64,000 nt of DNA from Euglena gracilis (taxonomy: Eukaryota). Both the position numbers and the translations under genes were made by a program. Of the stretch, positions 58,901 through 64,000 are shown one piece after another. The notes under the pieces are model-generated. The model was not told the origin of the DNA. It worked only from the letters and a program-made list of their open reading frames with translations, and made no database searches. Location of the stretch: positions 8,310,634-8,374,633 of the forward strand of contig CP154954.1 of the NCBI GenBank assembly GCA_039621445.1, in the 5' to 3' direction. Numbering within the stretch: position 1 is the first letter of the stretch; every line of letters begins with the position of its first letter.

Positions 58901-61900
58901 CATTTTGGGTTTTGATTTTCGCTAGGACCAAAAGTTCCATGGGAGGTACGCAAAGCGAAGGGTCGGGTGTAAAATTGTTGTCGCGCCAACTGGTTCATGA
59001 CCCTTTGCTTACTTTGCTCATCATTTCAAGCAAAAATTTGGCGCGGGGAGTGGCGGACCCGAAAATTTTCCCGGTAAACCCCCCCAAATAATAACCCCCC
59101 CCGGTTTATTTCTTAGACACCAGAATTAAGGGTCCAGGGGGGTTTATTTTTTTGGGGGGGTTATTATTTGGGGAAAAATTTCGAAGGCAAAATTGGCCCG
59201 AAAGCCCTTCCACAGCCCCCAATGGTCACTTTTTTGGCATTTTTGGGCTTTTTGAAAATTAGGTGCTTTTTTGGCGTATTCTCCGCACCAGTTTGATCCA
59301 TTTTTGTGATTTTTTTGCAACATTCCAGCAAATTTTTTACTCTTTTTTCTCTGCCGGATTTATTACTTGGGGAGGTTATTATTTGGGCAAAATTTTCGAA
59401 GGCAAAAAATGGCCCGAAAACCCCTCCACAGGCCCCAATGGTCACTTTTTTTCTTTTTTGGGCTTTTTTGAAATTGGGTGATTTTTTAGCACATTTTCTG
59501 CACGAAGTTTTCCTTTTTTTGTGATTTTCGGCAACATTTGTGTTAATTTTTGACTCTGTTTTTCTTTGGCTTCACACCCGCCGGAGGGGGGGTTTATTAT
59601 TTGGGCGGCCGAAGTCGGTCCTCAGGGGTATTGTTTGGGGGGGTTCTTATTTGGGGAGGGTTTATTATTTCGGGGGGGGGGATTATTTGGGGAGGTTTTA
59701 TTACTAAGGGGGGTTGCCCACCACAAAGACCGATGGGCAGGGGGGGCAGGGGTGATCAGTTCCTACCTCCATCTGTTCATCAGCCCAGAGGTCCGTGCAC
59801 TCAGGCCTCGCGCTCCCCTACTCCATATCGGAGTCGGCCTTTTTCCTAGAGTAAATTGCGCGTATCGCATGAATCGTATTGCTGTCTTTCGCCAACTCAT
59901 CCTCGGTGCTCTCATCCCCCTCCCTGCCCGAATACAGTTTTTTTTCCTCGATGGAGGATATTTTGAAACAAACCCGCTGCCTATTGGCAGAACCGCGATT
60001 GGAATCACGACGACCCTGGATAGGGTGAGGAGAACGGGAACGGGGGCACTTGTATGAGTGGTGGTCTTTAGACCCACAAACGGAGCAACGGTTTTGCGAT
60101 TGCGAGTGCCTTTTGGCATCGTTGCGACGCGGGGAGCGGATATCCGCTCGACCGCGGTCGATCGCGAAGAGGATGATCCACTTCGCGATCGAGATCACGA
60201 AGAATCGCCATTCGCATCCCGATTGCGGGTAGGGGGTGGGGTGGCCGACCTCGCGGTGTGAAACCCCGTCCGCTACTGCAGTGGGCTGAACGGAACCGTG
60301 GTCTACCGTCACTCCATCGGTATCCCGACCGCTGGGAACGCGCAGATCGCGAAGAACGTGAACTCCCAGAAGAGAGGGATCCCCGTGGGCTCTTAATGCG
60401 CTTTCGCGCTTGGAGGTTCGGACATTCGCGAGACACATGTCCCGATTGGTTACACAAAAAAAACACACTTTGTCCGAAACTTGATCAGAAGAGCGTGAAT
60501 AGCACGGTTTGGAACCTCGTGTGGGGGATTTGGGGTTTGAGCGCGGACAGAGTGTTTTAGAATCACTCGATGCGGTGGGGTGGTGTTGGTATTCTGATTC
60601 AATGTGTCCCAGAAGTTGTGATAACTTCATTTGTTCGGAAACATAATTACATCTCTCATCGAGAGTCAAAATGTGTCCCCAGTTCCTCGCGGTGAATTTC
60701 CTTGATGTGTTTGAGGATGTAGTGCAGTAATACTGCATGAAATTGTTCTTTTATTTGCTTTTCCCCTAACTCATCAATTTCGGCTGCCAACCCGAGCCAT
60801 TTGGAGTACCAGAAGTCTATCGACTTCCAGTTGCGGTCCGGTGGGGGGCAACTTGCCGCCACTTGTTTTCCATACTGATTCTGGAAACCAATATGAGCAT
60901 GATGAAGAATATTGCTCAACTAAATCCTCAAAAGAAATGCGTCCGCGAATGACACATTGTCTGGCGCGTTCTTTTTCTTCACTTTGGAGGGAATCAATAA
61001 ACTCCATCTCGATTACCTCCGGGTTGTCATCCTGGATTCGTCCCTTCAAATCCAAACAGTATTCCAGTCGCGGAAAAAATTTTTCCATGTGGTGGGGTCA
61101 CCGTCCCGTTGGGGCTTCACCTTGTTCGCGATGGCGATGGTGCCTTTGAAATCTTTCTGAGAGACTCGTGGCGATTCGGTGGTATTCATGGGTGGGTGGA
61201 CGCGGGTGCAAAATCACGCCATGTGCAAGTACTCCGGTGGTTGCACCAAGGGTTTTGTTCGTCTGCGAATGCGCATGTAACATACCACTCAGTGTACATT
61301 AAGTACCGTGCAGGTTTGGGGAATCGCGAATGCGCGAATGGTGATGCGGTTGTGCATGTGGGGGTGAGGTGTCACATGGTTGCACCATCGGTGCTACTAA
61401 GCGAATTTGGGAGGTATGACGAATACCTCGTGTGGGGATGCGGCTGATACCGCGAATTAGTTCGGATTCCCGAATCTCTTAATTTAAGAGGGTGGTGGGC
61501 CTGGTTTTCACTTGAAAACCTGACTCATCATCCGAAAGCTCGTCCATTGGATAATGCTAAGGTGGGAACCACCGCATGAGTGGGAACGCGGTGTTTCCTG
61601 TGGACTCGAGGACTGGTCCGCGAATAGCGGTTTTTGAGCTGGAAGATGCGGCAAGTGTGCCAATCATAGCCGATTGCGGATTGTGGTGAATGGAACACAG
61701 TATTGCTTGAATTTGGACCAAATTTGTTGCAAACTCATGCACACTTTGCTCCAAATGGTCAACAACCTGCCAATTGTCGGTTATCGGGCCCACATCCTCC
61801 TGCAAACGCTTAATCCGCCTACGGTATGAGGGTAACTCATCCAAAAGCGGTATTTCGTGGGAAATCGACGGGAAATCTTACGAAGTTTCACCAAACCCAG

Positions 61901-63866
61901 TGTCCAATTCCTGTAATCTTACCGCTAAAGTGCGAATCGCACTAGAAATGGCATCCTATTGTGGACATGTCTTGGTGGGTTTGTCCGAATGCAGATCTTT
62001 GACTTTTTCAGCCACTGGCTGTTCTTTCAACACTAAAACTTGCGCGGATAGCGCGGTAAGGTTATTTTGCAGTTTTGTGACATCCTACTTCACCGTTTTC
62101 TCGGTGTTCGTGAGACTATAACACAATCCTTGCATTATTTGATCTTTTTCCGCACTCATTTCAGCGCAAAACTGCTCCAAATTTGTGGGTATGGATGTGG
62201 GTGTGGGTGTTGGCGGTGGTAATGTGCCTTGGGTTGGTGATTGCACCTGAAGCACTTTTGGGCTCAATTCTTGCACGTTTTTGTGCAAATCCGATATCAC
62301 GGTTTGAATGCCGGTCACATCCGGGATACTACCGGCTACTTCCGCATTGCGGGCAAGATTTCTGCTCCAGTCGAGAAAGTCTCTCCTCAAATTGGTACAC
62401 ATACGTGCGGGAGGCAAAACTTTTGTTTCCTTGGGAATAAAAATGGCAAAATTCGCGGAATCAACGCCCAACTGGAAAATGCGCTGTTGCACTTCCTGGA
62501 ACGCCGTTGCAAGTGCGTAGAATTGCTCCAATGTGATAAATTGTCGCAAATCGGGATTTTTGATCGGGGTTCATGCAACTTTTGCTGCAACTGTAAAAAA
62601 ATTGCCGTAATTTGCTCCAATGTATGGGATAAAGCTTGCAAACTATGTTGCATGTTGGAGAAAAGCACATCATTGCAGGATTGTGTTTCACACACGGCTT
62701 CACTCACTTTTTGGAAGTGTTGTGAAAAATGTGCCTGCAAGTGTGTCTCCAAACCTTGACGCAAAGTAGCTACGTCCACATTGGTGGATTGAAAATTCGT
62801 TTGGCAACATTCGCCAACGTCACACACATAACTCCAGAGGTAGCCCAGCTTGTTTTCTACAAACTTTTTGTTGTTTTCATCAAATCCTAAACCTTGTTAA
62901 GCGTCATAGCGTAATCCACTACAGTGGCCATGAAAGATTTTCCGCATAAGCAGGTGGTCCACTGGAAGATTTGCGACTATGCGCTGAATCACGGTAACGG
63001 GATGAAGGGAAATTTTTTCCGACTCTTCCACTGACTCACGATGGGAAGGAGGAATACCTGAACGCTTGAGTACCCCTATGGGGTTGAGAATGCTCATTAC
63101 AGCTGGTCAATGATGCCGCAGGTTCAAGTCCTCGAAGTGAACCAATCAATGCAGCGTAGTCAATGGCTGTTGGTGTTGTGCTCCGCATTTTTGCAGGGAA
63201 AACACAAAAACCAAGTGTAGATTGAAATGTAAATTGCAGAAATAAGTGTAAGAAGAGAGGATTGTATTAAAATAAGCAGAGACCTGAACTCTGAGGGTTG
63301 AGACAGGGTATACTGCGAACCGTCAGAGGACGTGTCCGTGTCCGGCTTTGGCCAGAAACGGCTTGTAGTGCCTGTGGTCGCCTATAGGCGGGGCACCACA
63401 CGACCGTTTGTGGTCAAAAGGATCGAAAACCTAAACTGCTACCAGGTGTACGTCCAACCTTTCCTTGTTTTCGCCCTTGGGTGCGCAAAAAGGTAAAAGT
63501 TGGAGTAACAGAAAAAAAAATATAAAAAATTGAAAGCCCTTTTCCCCCAAAAAGAGGCAGAGCACAAAGCAGGTGAAGGAGCCCTATGCACTGCAACAAA
63601 GAATGCCAAGTGACTTGGCTGTCCTTTCCGGATTTTTGAAAACAAACCAAACTTGAAATCAAGTGAAGTCAAGAATAATAAAAAAGAATATAATACCACC
63701 TGTGGAGAGTTTTGCTCTATGGAGCTAGGTATTCCTAATTCAGGCCGTTGGCCATCTTTAGGAATACCACCTAGCATAATACTGTGTATGGGGCTCAGAA
63801 CTATATCTGACCGTAGGCTTATACCTACATACACAGTACCATGGCCTTAAGGCTGCCTGGTGCACA
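55978..63866 (-). mobile_element. Decayed, 3'-truncated relative of element A (element C)
   Basis: LTR 63445-63866 with termini similar to A; PBS TGGTAGCAGTTTAGGTTTTCGATCC (63420-63444); coiled-coil region, gag, ILVDTGC protease, DAM-like domain (57150-57490) and RT (FIDD), broken at ~55978. Confidence 0.9.
59071..59718. mobile_element. MITE-like insertion in element C
   Basis: Absent from the homologous site in A; imperfect inverted ends made of CCCCAAATAATAACCCC / GGGGTTATTATTTGGGG motifs; internal duplication. Confidence 0.65.
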
Positions 63867-64000
63867 ACCAGCCCGTAATACATACAGCGCTACGCTTTGA
63901 TAGGTTTTGGTGCGCTGAGATTCTACACCCTGTTAACCCTAACAAGATGCTTTGGAACCAAAATCTGGAGAAGTATGGGGCATTTTGGGCTCCGCTCCCA
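63867..64000 (+). mobile_element. DIRS YR fragment (likely continuation of copy 2)
   Basis: Translates, with indels, to ARNTYSA..GFGALRFYTLL..LWNQNLEKYGAFW, near-identical to the copy-1 YR segment. Confidence 0.85.

Overview
Eukaryotic, repeat-dense nuclear DNA, most likely from a euglenid: one gene mixes canonical GTGTG..CAG introns with a euglenid-type non-conventional intron. 1-6.2 kb is a higher-order tandem array of 151-bp monomers and a ~560-bp spacer. 8.5-23.1 kb holds the seven 3' exons of IFT52 (+), in large introns packed with MITEs and microsatellites. 24.6-64 kb is a nest of retroelements. (1) A DIRS1-type tyrosine-recombinase retrotransposon with ITRs, ICR and an intact RT-RNaseH-adenine-MTase ORF. 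(2) A second DIRS copy split by ~32.5 kb of insertions. (3) A giant 21.5-kb chromodomain-bearing Ty3/gypsy element (A) with a long coiled-coil Gag extension, a DAM-like methyltransferase domain between protease and RT, and a ~6-kb extra 3' ORF. (4) A small LTR element (B) inserted in A's chromodomain, with an apparent Tf1-like self-priming structure and an array of covarying UNCG hairpins. (5) An internal inversion. (6) A decayed relative of A (element C). All calls were made by eye from motifs and internal comparisons; no database searches were run.
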